Shown here in pieces: positions 25,617-36,315 of a DNA stretch of 38,076 nucleotides (the first letter of the stretch is position 1; the number at the start of each line of letters is the position of its first letter). The stretch lies in assembly GCA_964640835.1 (NCBI GenBank), contig CAZXJE010000003.1, forward strand, positions 1 through 38,076, given 5' to 3'. Source of the DNA: an uncultured Eubacteriales bacterium. Lineage in GTDB: Bacteria; Acidobacteriota; Aminicenantia; Aminicenantales; Aminicenantaceae. Under the pieces are notes generated by a model. That model did not search any database. It was not told the DNA's origin and saw only the letters and a list, made by a program, of their open reading frames with translations. The translations under genes and the position numbers were made by a program.

Positions 25617-26783
25617 ATGAGTAAAGTCGGAAAACACCTGTTTACATCTGAATCGGTAACAGAAGGGCATCCAGATAAGATCTGCGACCAGATCTCCGAT
25701 GCTATTCTCGATGACCTCATCAAACAAGATCCAAAAAGCCGGGTTGCTTGTGAAACTCTTGTTACCACTGGGCTCGTTCTCATCGCCGGAGAAATCTCAA
25801 GCAACGGGTTCTGTGACTTTCAAAAGGTTGTCCGGGATACGGTCAAAGAGATTGGATACACCAGAGCCAAGTATGGCTTTGATTATGAGACGTGTTGTGT
25901 CGTATCTTCCATTCATGAACAATCTCCCGATATCTCAATGGGAGTCAATGAATCGGATGAACATGAACAGGGCGCTGGTGACCAAGGATTGATGTTTGGC
26001 TATGCAACCAGAGAAACAGAACAGTTCATGCCTCTCCCAATCACACTCGCTCATCAACTTGTCAGGAGACTAAGTGACGTCAGACGCAGCAAAGAATTAC
26101 CATTCCTCAGACCTGATGGAAAATCGCAAGTCACCGTTGAATATGAAGGAAATGTTCCGACGCGCGTAGATGCTGTTGTCATTGCTGCGCAGCATGATAA
26201 AAAAGTAAAAATGCAGGATTTACGTAAAGAGATCGAGGAAACTGTCATCAAAAAAATAATCCCAGCTCATATGCTCGATGATAACACCAATATCTTTATA
26301 AATGAAACCGGGCAATTCATCCGGGGAGGTCCTTTTGCAGACTCTGGACTCACCGGGCGGAAGATCATCGTTGACACCTATGGTGGTGTAGGGAGTCACG
26401 GTGGCGGTTGTTTTTCCGGTAAGGATCCCTCGAAAGTCGACCGTTCTGGTTCGTATATGGCTAGATATGTTGCGAAGAACTTGGTTGCTGCTGGAATCGC
26501 CGATAAAATTGAAGTTCAGATCGCATATGCTATCGGTGTGCCTTTCCCGGTTTCGATAATGGTGGACTCATTCGGAACAGCAAAGATATCAGAAGACAAA
26601 ATCAAGAAATTGATCCGTGTTCATTTTAATCTCTCTCCCAAAGGTATGATCAAAAGCCTCGACCTGCTTCGCCCAATCTACAAAAAAACAGCGGCTTTTG
26701 GACATTTTGGAAGAGAAGAGGAAGAATTCACCTGGGAAAAAACAGACAAAGCTGAGCTGTTGCGGAAAGATGCAGGCTTCTAA
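25617..26783 (+). CDS. metK: S-adenosylmethionine synthetase
   Basis: Motifs [13 protein letters not shown] and [17 protein letters not shown]. 388 aa. Confidence 0.95.
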   Translation: MSKVGKHLFTSESVTEGHPDKICDQISDAILDDLIKQDPKSRVACETLVTTGLVLIAGEISSNGFCDFQKVVRDTVKEIGYTRAKYGFDYETCCVVSSIHEQSPDISMGVNESDEHEQGAGDQGLMFGYATRETEQFMPLPITLAHQLVRRLSDVRRSKELPFLRPDGKSQVTVEYEGNVPTRVDAVVIAAQHDKKVKMQDLRKEIEETVIKKIIPAHMLDDNTNIFINETGQFIRGGPFADSGLTGRKIIVDTYGGVGSHGGGCFSGKDPSKVDRSGSYMARYVAKNLVAAGIADKIEVQIAYAIGVPFPVSIMVDSFGTAKISEDKIKKLIRVHFNLSPKGMIKSLDLLRPIYKKTAAFGHFGREEEEFTWEKTDKAELLRKDAGF

Positions 26784-26793
26784 GGAGATCTAA

Positions 26794-28050
26794 ATGGAAT
26801 ACGATGTAAAAGACTTGGCGTTAGCCAAAAAAGGGAAATTAAGAATCGAGTGGGCGGGGCGATTCATGCCTGTCCTCGCACATATCAAGAAAAAATTCGC
26901 TAAAGACAAACCGCTCAAAGGAATAAAACTTGCCGCCTGTCTCCATGTGACGAGTGAAACGGCAAACTTGATGGAGACGTTAAAGCTTGGCGGGGCAACG
27001 GTTGCTCTGACCGCTTCCAATCCGTTGAGCACGCAAGACGATGTTTCTGCATCCCTAGTTAAACATTACAAAATCCCGGTGTTTGCCATTAAGGGTGAGA
27101 ACAACAGGACATACTACCAGCACATCAGCCAGGCATTGGACAACAATCCCCATATCACAATGGATGATGGAGCCGACCTGGTGAGTACCATCCATTCGAA
27201 ACGCCGCAAGCTTCTGGACCATATTATCGGAGGGACCGAGGAGACGACCACAGGCGTGATTCGGCTGAAAAGTATGGCCAAAGAGAAAGTCCTGGAATAT
27301 CCTATCATCGCCGTCAATGATGCGAATACAAAACATTTGTTTGATAACCGGTATGGGACCGGCCAGAGCACTATTGATGGTATCCTCAGAGCGACTAACA
27401 TCCTCCTTTCTGGATTGAATTTTGTCGTAGCCGGATATGGATGGTGTGGCCGGGGAGTTGCCATGAGAGCCAGAGGAGCCGGATCTAAAGTCGTTGTCTG
27501 TGAAGTGGATCCGTTGCGTGCTTTGGAGGCTTTGATGGATGGGTACCAGGTGATGTCCTTAAAAGAAGCTGCAAGAGTCGGTGATGTGTTTGTAACCGTG
27601 ACAGGAGACAAGTGCGTCATAACCAAAGAACATTTTGCAGTAATGAAGGATGGGGCTATTGTCGCTAACTCAGGACATTTTAATGTGGAGATAGATATTC
27701 CTTCTTTAAAAGAATTGAGCAAGAGTAAAAGAACAGTCAGGGAGTTTGTGGAAGAATACGCTCTCAAAAGCGGGAGAAAGATTTATCTTTTAGGACAGGG
27801 ACGCTTGATCAATCTAGCTGCGGCAGAAGGGCATCCTGCTGTGGTTATGGACATGAGTTTTGCAAATCAGGCTATGAGTGCTCTCTTCCTGTTGAAACAG
27901 GGGATAAAACTTGAGAAAAAAGTCTATCCTGTTCCCAGAGAGATCGATGAAGATATTGCACGCATGAAGCTGAAATCTCTGGGAATCACTATAGACAGAC
28001 TCACACCTGAACAGCAAAAATATCTTGCGGGATGGGAAGAAGGTACTTAA
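26794..28050 (+). CDS. ahcY: Adenosylhomocysteinase (short form, about 418 aa)
   Basis: SAH hydrolase motifs ([18 protein letters not shown]-binding GYGWCGRG). It lies 10 nt after metK. Confidence 0.9.
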   Translation: MEYDVKDLALAKKGKLRIEWAGRFMPVLAHIKKKFAKDKPLKGIKLAACLHVTSETANLMETLKLGGATVALTASNPLSTQDDVSASLVKHYKIPVFAIKGENNRTYYQHISQALDNNPHITMDDGADLVSTIHSKRRKLLDHIIGGTEETTTGVIRLKSMAKEKVLEYPIIAVNDANTKHLFDNRYGTGQSTIDGILRATNILLSGLNFVVAGYGWCGRGVAMRARGAGSKVVVCEVDPLRALEALMDGYQVMSLKEAARVGDVFVTVTGDKCVITKEHFAVMKDGAIVANSGHFNVEIDIPSLKELSKSKRTVREFVEEYALKSGRKIYLLGQGRLINLAAAEGHPAVVMDMSFANQAMSALFLLKQGIKLEKKVYPVPREIDEDIARMKLKSLGITIDRLTPEQQKYLAGWEEGT

Positions 28051-28082
28051 TTTTTCGATTTCCTATTTGTTGATCGGGAAGA

Positions 28083-28838
28083 TCACTTGATGAGTTTAAG
28101 ATACTCATCGATCTGCCTCTTCATCTCTATTTCGGCGCCGGAATAGATCTCGTCGAACATCTCTCTGGCAAGATTGTATTGCTTGTTTTTAAAATAAGCT
28201 ACAGCGAGATTGAATTTTAAATTGATATCTTCTTCAGAAAGCTTTAATCCGGCCTTATAGCTTTCGATAGCCTTATCAAAATCATTGAGCCTTTCATACA
28301 GGACACCCTCAAGGTTATGAGCCATAACTAACCTGGGATTCGTTTCGATGGACTTTTGAACATAATAAAGAGCATCTTTGGGCATTTCTTTCGTTAAATA
28401 CAAGCGGGCGAGATTATAATAGGGGAGCTCTCTGGATTTATAGTTGGCATCGGATGCCGCTGTTCTAAATTCCTGTTCAGCTTTATCGAGCATGCCGATT
28501 TCCTGGTAAGCGGTTCCCATATAATTGTGTGCCTCGGTCAGAGCTGGATTGAGCTGCAGGCTTTTCTGAAAAAAGTCGATTGCTGTTTTGAACTCACCCT
28601 TCATCAAATTAGCGATCCCAATGCCGTTGTATGAAAGATAATACTTTGCATCAAGGGAGATACATTTATTGAAATATTTGATGGCTTCATCAGGGTTTCC
28701 GTTGTTCAGATGGAAAAGAGCTAAGTTATATTGATAACGGGGATCTTGTTCTCTCTGTTTTTCGGCTTTTTTCTCCGCCGAGGAACAAAAAGCTAAAGAT
28801 AAACACACCAAAAGAATTCCTGCCGTTCTTATTTTCAT
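28083..28838 (-). CDS. TPR-repeat protein with signal peptide, probably a lipoprotein
   Basis: N-terminal MKIRTAGILLVCLSLAFCSS with a lipobox-like LAFC. Multiple 34-aa TPR repeats. Confidence 0.75.
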   Translation of the reverse strand: MKIRTAGILLVCLSLAFCSSAEKKAEKQREQDPRYQYNLALFHLNNGNPDEAIKYFNKCISLDAKYYLSYNGIGIANLMKGEFKTAIDFFQKSLQLNPALTEAHNYMGTAYQEIGMLDKAEQEFRTAASDANYKSRELPYYNLARLYLTKEMPKDALYYVQKSIETNPRLVMAHNLEGVLYERLNDFDKAIESYKAGLKLSEEDINLKFNLAVAYFKNKQYNLAREMFDEIYSGAEIEMKRQIDEYLKLIK

Positions 28839-28864
28839 TGTTTCACCTCTCTTATAATACGATC

Positions 28865-29161
28865 TGGGTTATTTACGAGTTGAGTCCAACCCACCCCACC
28901 CTAACATTAAGGTTAAGGCAGCGGCCCATGAAGCTGTAGAAATCTACTGCGAACCGTCCCAACCTAACCCGGGCTGCAACGATGCAGATGCCGACCCAAC
29001 CTACCCGGTGAGATCGACTCGCCCAGAGGGTAAAAGATTTCGATATAAAAATATAAACTATTCTTTCTAGATATCCAATATTCGATCTCTTGAACATGAA
29101 CATTATAACTAACTCATATCACCGAAAAAGTTATATATCGAAATATTTTATAAATAACCCA
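28865..29161 (+). repeat. Copy D (complete, expanded variant) of the structured intergenic element, with three C-rich insertion modules
   Basis: Same core as copies A-C, interrupted by CCAACCCACCCCACCCTAAC (28886-28905), CCGTCCCAACCTAACCC (28954-28970) and CCGACCCAACCTACCC (28991-29006). It is bounded by a variant inverted repeat, TGGGTTATTTA (28865-28875) and TAAATAACCCA (29151-29161). Confidence 0.85.
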
Positions 29162-29162
29162 G

Positions 29163-30158
29163 CTATTCGTCTTTTAATTTTCTTGCCATTAGATCCTGCA
29201 ACGCTGTCCGTGGATCCTTATTCTTGTAGAGGACAAGATAAGCCTGTTCATGGATTGGCAGCTCGACATTTTCCCTCAGTGCCAGTTGGTGGCTTGAGAG
29301 TGTTGTGGTTATACCCTCTGCAACCATTTTCATGTGAGATACGACCTCTCCCATCCGCTTCCCCTGACCTATCTCATAACCTACATAATGGTTCCGGCTG
29401 AGCTGCCCTGTACATGTAAGGACAAGGTCTCCCACACCAGTCAAACCAGCAAACGTATCTCTTTTGGCCCCAAGCGTTATCCCCAATCTGGTTATTTCTG
29501 CTAAACCTCTTGTGATCAATGCAGCACGAGAATTATCTCCGAACTGAAGGCCATCGGATATACCTGCCGCTATGGCGACAACATTTTTAAGAGCGCCTGC
29601 GATCTCAACACCAAGTACATCCTCAGAAGTATAGGCTCGCAGATTAGAACCTGAAACTAAGTGTTGGACCTCCTTCGCCACAGCATTGTCTTTAGATGCG
29701 ACGACGACAGCTGTCGGGTGGGCAATAGCGACCTCCTTTGCAAAACTGGGGCCTGACAGCACAGCGAGCTGAGGCACAAAATGGGGTGAAAAGATCTCTA
29801 CCATCACCTCACTCATCCTTTTGAGTGTTCCATCTTCAATCCCCTTAGTCAAGCTGACAATGATGTGTTGTGATGAGAGGTGGGGTTGAATTTTTGTATA
29901 TATGTATCGACAGAATTTGGAAGGGACGGCGACAAAGACGATCTCAGTCGATTGGACACATTCTCCCACCTCATGAAAGAAGGATACTGAAGACGGAAAT
30001 ATGGCTCCAGGAAGGAAAGTCTTGTTTTCTCTGAACCGGATGGTATCTTTATAGATGTCCTTTTCTCTGATCCAGAGATGCGTGTCTATGTTCTTGCGGC
30101 CAAGATGCAGGGCAACGGCGCTCCCCCAGGATCCACCTCCGATGACACATGCCTTCAT
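29163..30158 (-). CDS. gpsA: NAD(P)H-dependent glycerol-3-phosphate dehydrogenase
   Basis: N-terminal Rossmann motif VIGGGSWGSA. 331 aa. 4-nt overlap with plsY. Confidence 0.9.
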   Translation of the reverse strand: MKACVIGGGSWGSAVALHLGRKNIDTHLWIREKDIYKDTIRFRENKTFLPGAIFPSSVSFFHEVGECVQSTEIVFVAVPSKFCRYIYTKIQPHLSSQHIIVSLTKGIEDGTLKRMSEVMVEIFSPHFVPQLAVLSGPSFAKEVAIAHPTAVVVASKDNAVAKEVQHLVSGSNLRAYTSEDVLGVEIAGALKNVVAIAAGISDGLQFGDNSRAALITRGLAEITRLGITLGAKRDTFAGLTGVGDLVLTCTGQLSRNHYVGYEIGQGKRMGEVVSHMKMVAEGITTTLSSHQLALRENVELPIHEQAYLVLYKNKDPRTALQDLMARKLKDE

Positions 30159-30745
30159 TTGCCCTTTTCTCCAAATTTTCTTTCGTTTCCAGCGATCAAT
30201 CTTTTGATATTACCCATATGTCTGAAAATTATCAAACAAAAGATGGCAATGCTCAGTGCTATGACGGCAGGGTTTCCTATGAAGTAAAGGACGAAAATGG
30301 GGAAAAAAAACATTGCCAACAGAGATCCTAGAGAAACATACCGTGTGAGCAAGACAACGGACAGAAAAATCCCGACAGAACACAGGAGCGGGACAGGAGC
30401 CAAAGCTGCATAAACTCCCACAGTGGTTGCGACTCCTTTTCCCCCCTTGAATTTAATAAATATCGGAAAACAATGCCCCAGCACAACCAGAAATCCGCAT
30501 AGAAGAGCCAATTTTTTATCCGGAAATAACTTGAGAGCGAAATAAACAACAAAAAATCCTTTGAGAATATCAAACAACCCAACAGGAATGGCGTATTTCC
30601 ATCCCTTAAGCCGGAGAACATTAGTGGCGCCTGTCGCTTGACTGCCAAATCTACGGATATCCTTTTTTTCGCTGAGTTTATAAAATATGTAACCGGTGGG
30701 GATGGACCCGACAAGATAGGAGAGCATAGCATAGATCAATGTCAT
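30155..30745 (-). CDS. plsY: Glycerol-3-phosphate acyltransferase (acyl-phosphate dependent)
   Basis: 196-aa membrane protein with GSIPTGY and GSQATGATNVLR motifs. Confidence 0.9.
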   Translation of the reverse strand: MTLIYAMLSYLVGSIPTGYIFYKLSEKKDIRRFGSQATGATNVLRLKGWKYAIPVGLFDILKGFFVVYFALKLFPDKKLALLCGFLVVLGHCFPIFIKFKGGKGVATTVGVYAALAPVPLLCSVGIFLSVVLLTRYVSLGSLLAMFFFPIFVLYFIGNPAVIALSIAIFCLIIFRHMGNIKRLIAGNERKFGEKGK

Positions 30746-31299
30746 TTGAGTTGAATTTTTGCGAGGACGCTGTAATCTGCGCCTGTGGGCTTCAGTGTGC
30801 TCTTAAAAAAAGTGATCTCCTCCACTTCCATGCTTCCAAATTCTTTGACTTTGTTTTTAGACAACTCTTCCAGGACTGGCGCGATATTGGTACTCGATCT
30901 GAGCCTTCCTAAAGTCAGGTGGGGATGGAACCTCCGCTTTTCTCGAGTAATAGATAATTTATCCAGCATGGATTCAACCTCATTCTGCACTGACGTCAGT
31001 TTCTGGCTTTCCTCGATCCCCACCCAAAGAATTCTCGGGTGTCTGCTCCTTGGAGGGAATGTGCCTGTGCCCACCAGTTTCAGCGGAAAACGCTCATACC
31101 TTAAAGAAAGGTCCATCAATACCGATCGAATATCACGGGCTTTGTCATCCGTGATTTCTCCGATAAACTTTAGCGTCAGGTGCATGCCCTGGTTTTTGAT
31201 CCATCTGACACTGGGATTGTGACTCTCAAGTTTTTGTATGAATTGAGAAATGTTTTTTTTGATTTCGGGGTCGAGATCTATAGCTACAAAAGTTCTCAT
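30742..31299 (-). CDS. thpR: RNA 2',3'-cyclic phosphodiesterase (2H phosphoesterase, LigT/ThpR)
   Basis: Two HxTx motifs (HLTLKF and HLTLGR). 185 aa. Confidence 0.8.
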   Translation of the reverse strand: MRTFVAIDLDPEIKKNISQFIQKLESHNPSVRWIKNQGMHLTLKFIGEITDDKARDIRSVLMDLSLRYERFPLKLVGTGTFPPRSRHPRILWVGIEESQKLTSVQNEVESMLDKLSITREKRRFHPHLTLGRLRSSTNIAPVLEELSKNKVKEFGSMEVEEITFFKSTLKPTGADYSVLAKIQLK

Positions 31300-31300
31300 G

Positions 31301-32587
31301 TCAATTTGTTTGATTATTTAGTCTGTTCTTTTGGAATTTTAGAAGATGACGTCGAAGCATATCAAGGGCTTTCTGAGAGGATTGGAACTTGATGACTTCT
31401 CTGTTTCCTAAAAAAATGTTCTTCGCAACTTCTAGCTCGTTTTCCCAGGCTAGCCCAACGTAGACAAGGCCAACAGGTTTTTCTGGTGATCCTCCATTAG
31501 GTCCTGCAATTCCCGTTATAGAGAGGCCAATATCTGACCCTGACCTTTTCCTGATTCCGATGGCCATAGCCTCAGCAACTTCATGACTGACAGCACCATG
31601 TTGGAGAATGAGATCATATGGAATACCCAATAGTTGTACTTTGGAGTCGTTCGAATACGTCAGAACTCCCTGTTGAAAATAGTCAGAACTCCCTGAAACA
31701 TTCGTGATGCGGTGACCCAGAAAGCCACACGTACATGATTCAGCGATGGATAAAGTTTTTTGAGCTTGACGCAATAATGCCCCTATCACTTCCTCAAGTT
31801 CTTCACCGGATGAGGAAAATATATTTTCTCCCAGGAGCTTTTGGAGGGTGTGCTCGAGGTCATCCAGAGTTTCATCCGCTTTTTTATGGCTTTCCAATGA
31901 ACGAGAAGAAAGGTGCAGCTCTATTTGTCCTGGATAGGCGAGAATCGTTAATTTGACTAATGGCTGCAGAGGATAGATATCAAAGAGAAGGGAATCGATC
32001 TTGGATTCTGTAAGTCCTGAAATCTTTAACACCCGTCTTCGCATAAACTGTTTCTGGAACTCCAGGAATCGCGGCCATACATAATTTTCAAACATGGGTT
32101 TGATTTCATGCGGAGGCCCTGGAAGAAGTATGAGAATTTTTCCGCCTGCTTCTAGCCAAAGCCCCGGGGCCGTTCCATGCTTGTTCTCGAGAACAGAGGA
32201 GCCTTCGATGATATAGGCCTGTTTGTTGTTCACAGAAGGCATCTCAAAGCCTCTGCGTTCAAACCGCTGCTTTATTCTGTTAAGAATCTGTTCCTTAAAG
32301 ATAAGCTTTTTTCCTAAAGTGGAGGCGACGACCTCACGGGTCCGGTCATCTTCGGTTGGACCGAGTCCACCGATGAGAAATATTATGTCCGAACGGACGA
32401 GGCTGCTTCTGATGCAATCCGCTAGGTCATCCCGGCTATCTCCGACAATTGACTTGAAATTGATCTCCATTCCCAAATCATTCAAGCGTTGGGTAATATA
32501 AAGAGAATCGGTATCCTGATAGTGGGGAGTGAGGAGTTCATTGCCAACTGCGATGATTTCTATCCTGCTGTTTTCCTTGAGTTTCAT
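31301..32587 (-). CDS. cinA: CinA-family protein (MoCF-biosynthesis domain plus nicotinamide-nucleotide amidase PncC domain)
   Basis: IEIIAVGNELL N-terminus and C-terminal ITGIAGPNGGS. The ATG at 32587 forms an ATGA overlap with the pgpA stop. The ORF extends to 32626. Confidence 0.85.
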   Translation of the reverse strand: MKLKENSRIEIIAVGNELLTPHYQDTDSLYITQRLNDLGMEINFKSIVGDSRDDLADCIRSSLVRSDIIFLIGGLGPTEDDRTREVVASTLGKKLIFKEQILNRIKQRFERRGFEMPSVNNKQAYIIEGSSVLENKHGTAPGLWLEAGGKILILLPGPPHEIKPMFENYVWPRFLEFQKQFMRRRVLKISGLTESKIDSLLFDIYPLQPLVKLTILAYPGQIELHLSSRSLESHKKADETLDDLEHTLQKLLGENIFSSSGEELEEVIGALLRQAQKTLSIAESCTCGFLGHRITNVSGSSDYFQQGVLTYSNDSKVQLLGIPYDLILQHGAVSHEVAEAMAIGIRKRSGSDIGLSITGIAGPNGGSPEKPVGLVYVGLAWENELEVAKNIFLGNREVIKFQSSQKALDMLRRHLLKFQKNRLNNQTN

Positions 32588-33033
32588 GTTAGAAGTAAGT
32601 AGAGATTTATAATAATACCTGAACATACACCGGCCACGACATCATCCATCATAATTCCCCATCCTCTGGGGAAATTTTCGGATTTTTTAATTAAATATGG
32701 CTTTAAGATATCAAGCATCCGAAAAAGCAATAAACTGGCAATAAGGAGAGGCCATGTGGGAGGCATGCGGAATAACACGATAAGTTGTCCCAACACTTCA
32801 TCTATGACTACACTCCGAGGATCCTGCTTTTTTATAGTTTCTGCATGAACAGAGGAAGCGAGCGCTCCAAAGATGAAGATTAAAACAAGAACTCCCAAAT
32901 ATACTGGCCAATTCCATGTGTAGAGATAATATCTGTAGAGAAGAATCACCAAAAAACTTGCGATTGTGCCCGGTGCCAAGGGTGAGTAGCCGACGCCAAA
33001 AAAAGTGGCGATTATTTTCGAAAGAATTTTCAT
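32584..33033 (-). CDS. pgpA: Phosphatidylglycerophosphatase A
   Basis: 149-aa membrane protein with FFGVGYSPLAPGT and the DEV..Q motif. 4-nt overlap with rimO. Confidence 0.85.
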   Translation of the reverse strand: MKILSKIIATFFGVGYSPLAPGTIASFLVILLYRYYLYTWNWPVYLGVLVLIFIFGALASSVHAETIKKQDPRSVVIDEVLGQLIVLFRMPPTWPLLIASLLLFRMLDILKPYLIKKSENFPRGWGIMMDDVVAGVCSGIIINLYLLLT

Positions 33034-34349
33034 TGGATAGGTTTTCCAATTAAATCATATACATCCCTGTCTATGATTTCAACTTTTTGGATGGAATTCA
33101 CTAAATCAGGCATGTTTTTTTCCACGTATATCAAAATGATGCCATCGACTTCAGGTGCTTGAAACCGGCCTCGAGAGAGAAGGAGGTTTGTATTGTCCTT
33201 TAGATGCCCTTCAACGAGCACATCGATTGATTGATCCAAGTATTTTAAATTCTTTTTAAAGGATATCTCAGCCTGGATCTGGAAAATTTCTTCCAGTCTT
33301 TCTTGCTTCGCATTATCCCGGATGGGATCACCGAGTGAAAAACAATCGGTTCCTTCTTCTGGGGAATAGGTGAAAACTCCCAAATGATCGAACTGAGCAG
33401 ATGAGACAAAGCTTTTAAGATCGGAAAATTCTTCTGGTCCCTCTCCAGGAAAACCTACGATTAGGGAAGTTCGTAAGCTGATATCTGGAAGCTTTTTTCT
33501 AATATTATCAATCAGCTTTAGTGCTCTATGTCCATCAAATCCTCTTTTCATGGCCTTTATGATATTCGCATTGGCATGCTGAAAGGGGATATCAAGATAA
33601 GAACAGATTTTTTCTTCTTGCATAATATCAAGAAGGGGTTCGGATATTTCTTCAGGATAGCCGTACAGAATTCGAATCCACTCGAGTCTCTCAATATTGA
33701 TGAGTTCTTCCAGAAGTTCAGCGAGTCCGTTTGAAAGTCCCGCATCTCGACCATAGTAAGTTGAGTCTTGTGAAATCAGGTTGATTTCTTTAACCCCTTG
33801 AGAGACAAGGATCAAACATTCTTTTTTTATAGAAGAGATACTCCGTGACCGATATGGTCCTTTGATTAGAGGGATCGCACAGAATGAACAATTATGGGCG
33901 CATCCTTCAGAAATTTTAACATAAGCCCAAGCCGTTGGAGTAGAAACAAACCGAGGAGATTTATGATCATACAAATAGCATTGGGCCGCACTTTTGTAGG
34001 GGAGTCCCTCCACTGCTCGAACGATCTTATCGAAATCTCTAGTCCCCATCCAAGCGTCTACGTCTGGGAACGCCTTTTGAAGCTCATGCTGGTTTCGTTC
34101 CACATAGCACCCGGTTGCGATCACCCTTATATTCTTTCCTTTTTTTTTAGATTTTACGGCATTCGCCAACGTTTCGTTGGCCTCATCCTTAGCTGGTTTG
34201 ATGAATCCACATGTGTTGACGATTAAAACATCTGCCTTTTGAGTATCTGTGACAAACGTGTAGCCGCTCTTTTTGAGAAAACCGAGCATCACTTCGCTGT
34301 CAACTAGATTTTTGGCGCAACCCAAGCTTATCAAGGCGACTTTTTTCAT
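33030..34349 (-). CDS. rimO: Ribosomal protein S12 methylthiotransferase
   Basis: UPF0004 N-terminus LGCAKN, radical-SAM motif CAHNCSFC, and a C-terminal TRAM domain. Confidence 0.85.
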   Translation of the reverse strand: MKKVALISLGCAKNLVDSEVMLGFLKKSGYTFVTDTQKADVLIVNTCGFIKPAKDEANETLANAVKSKKKGKNIRVIATGCYVERNQHELQKAFPDVDAWMGTRDFDKIVRAVEGLPYKSAAQCYLYDHKSPRFVSTPTAWAYVKISEGCAHNCSFCAIPLIKGPYRSRSISSIKKECLILVSQGVKEINLISQDSTYYGRDAGLSNGLAELLEELINIERLEWIRILYGYPEEISEPLLDIMQEEKICSYLDIPFQHANANIIKAMKRGFDGHRALKLIDNIRKKLPDISLRTSLIVGFPGEGPEEFSDLKSFVSSAQFDHLGVFTYSPEEGTDCFSLGDPIRDNAKQERLEEIFQIQAEISFKKNLKYLDQSIDVLVEGHLKDNTNLLLSRGRFQAPEVDGIILIYVEKNMPDLVNSIQKVEIIDRDVYDLIGKPIQ

Positions 34350-34466
34350 GTCCCCCCTATGGTAATAACTTCGAAACGAATAGTAAATAACGTCTTTAAA
34401 ATTGTAAAACGCGAAAAGAAAAATGTCTCAATTTGTAACGCTTGGTTTTTCCTTCTAACAACAGAA

Positions 34467-35759
34467 TTAGGGATAGATTTTGTAGAGAAGTCGTGGGAAT
34501 GGAATGGTTTCTCTGATGTGCTTGATCTTACAGATCCAGGAAAGAGTCCGTTCAATGCCCAAACCGAATCCAGAGTGGGGAACCGAACCGTATTTTCTCA
34601 GGTCGAGATACCATTCATAGGCATCCCGCGGCAAGTTAAACTCCTTTATGCGCTGCTCCAAGAGCTCAAGATCGTGGATTCTCTGGCCACCACCAACGAG
34701 TTCTCCATATCCTTCGGATGCCAGGATGTCCACGCCCAACACTAGGTCAGGCCGATCTTTATCAGGCTGCATATAAAAAGCCTTTATTGCTTTAGGAAAG
34801 TGTGTGATGCTAACCGGAGTATCAAAGATCTTAGAGATGAGCGTTTCCTCAGGAGCGCCTGGATCATCGCCATACTCCATCTCCGATCCTTTTTCTTTAA
34901 GGAGTTTATATGCTTCATCGTAGGTAATACGTGGAAATGGTGTCTTTACTTTTTCGAGAGGCTTTGTTTCTCTTTCAAGGACATTAAGTTCATCCTTTCT
35001 ATTTTCCAGGATCCGTTCGATTATGTAAACGATGAGGTCCTCTGCCAGTTCTACAGTGTCATCCAGGAGCGCGAAGGCAACCTCGGGCTCGACCATCCAG
35101 AATTCGATCAAGTGTTTTCGTGTTTTTGATTTTTCTGCTCTGAATGTCGGTCCAAAACAGTACACTTTCCCAAATGCCATGGCCGTGGCTTCATTGTAGA
35201 GCTGTCCGCTCTGGCTTAAATACGCTTTCTGGTCAAAATATTCTGTCTCGAAAAGTGTGGTTGTTCCTTCACAGGCACTGGGAGTCAGAATGGGTGTGTC
35301 CATAAGGCGAAAACCTCTTCCGTCGAAAAAGTCGCGAATGGCTTTGATAAGCTCTGCCCTGATCTGCAAAACAGCATTTTGTTTTTGAGATCGGAGCCAG
35401 AGATGCCGATGTTCCATGAGAAAGGGGATGCCGTGATCTTTGGGAGTTATGGGGTATTCTTCTGCGATCTGAACGATTTCCAGGTCTTTGACGCTGAGTT
35501 CAAATCCTCCGGCCGCTCTCTTTTCTTCCCTAACAGTCCCGCGTAGAATGATCGAAGACTCTTGAGTGAGCTCATCAAACTTGACAAAGAGAGGATGATC
35601 TTTGTCTGCACTGTACATTGTAGATTGGATCAATCCTGTTCCATCTCTCACTAGGATGAAGCGAACCTTTCCGCTGGAGCGTTTGTTGTAAACCCATCCC
35701 CGTATCTCAACATCCTGGTCTTTATAACGGGCGATATCTTCGATGTATATCCACTTCAT
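34467..35759 (-). CDS. asnS: Asparagine--tRNA ligase
   Basis: Class II motif FRAEKSKTRKHLIEFWMVEPE (AsnRS type). The N-terminus MKWIYIEDIARYKDQDVEIRGWV matches the usual AsnRS start. The ORF extends to a GTG at 35822. Confidence 0.85.
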   Translation of the reverse strand: MKWIYIEDIARYKDQDVEIRGWVYNKRSSGKVRFILVRDGTGLIQSTMYSADKDHPLFVKFDELTQESSIILRGTVREEKRAAGGFELSVKDLEIVQIAEEYPITPKDHGIPFLMEHRHLWLRSQKQNAVLQIRAELIKAIRDFFDGRGFRLMDTPILTPSACEGTTTLFETEYFDQKAYLSQSGQLYNEATAMAFGKVYCFGPTFRAEKSKTRKHLIEFWMVEPEVAFALLDDTVELAEDLIVYIIERILENRKDELNVLERETKPLEKVKTPFPRITYDEAYKLLKEKGSEMEYGDDPGAPEETLISKIFDTPVSITHFPKAIKAFYMQPDKDRPDLVLGVDILASEGYGELVGGGQRIHDLELLEQRIKEFNLPRDAYEWYLDLRKYGSVPHSGFGLGIERTLSWICKIKHIRETIPFPRLLYKIYP

Positions 35760-35892
35760 GATGTCAAAATTATAAGGGTTCTCTCTACTCAGGTCAATTA
35801 AAAAAGATTGTATAAACACCACGTTTTATGGCTATAATTGTAGAAACAATCCTTGCTGAATCACGGTCTAAGTTTAGGAGTGTTTTATAACC

Positions 35893-35903
35893 TGAATAAT
35901 CCA
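35893..35903. repeat. Near-copy of the 11-bp palindrome (TGAATAATCCA) within the hairpin AACCTG/CAGGTT
   Basis: 10 of 11 positions match TGAATAATTCA. It lies in the divergent intergenic region between asnS and the small membrane protein gene. Confidence 0.45.
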
Positions 35904-35946
35904 GGTTGAGTATTTTAGATATATTATATGTTAAGGAGGAGAGAGA

Positions 35947-36315
35947 ATGGAAAAACATATCACCTTTGTTGCTGTGCTCAATATCGCTTTCGGTTTCCTG
36001 GGGCTGTTTTTTGCTGTTTTTCTCTTTGTAGCCATAATCGGCGCAGGCATAATCTCGGGTGAGCCGGAGGCTATGACAATCACCTCGATTGTCGGTACGG
36101 CTTTAGCGTTCTTTTTAGTTATCACATCACTGCCCGAAATCATTGGGGGATTCGGACTCCTCAAGCGTAAGGCCTGGGCAAGGATCCTAATCCTGGTGGT
36201 GGCTTGTTTGGATTTGCTCTGGATACCGATAGGAACCATAATCGGTATTTATGAGCTGTGGGTGCTTCTGAACGAAGAGACAGTAAAACTGTTAACGAAG
36301 GAAATAAAATCCTGA
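35947..36315 (+). CDS. Small integral membrane protein, function unknown
   Basis: 122 aa with 3-4 hydrophobic helices. Strong SD AAGGAGGAG upstream. Confidence 0.7.
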   Translation: MEKHITFVAVLNIAFGFLGLFFAVFLFVAIIGAGIISGEPEAMTITSIVGTALAFFLVITSLPEIIGGFGLLKRKAWARILILVVACLDLLWIPIGTIIGIYELWVLLNEETVKLLTKEIKS

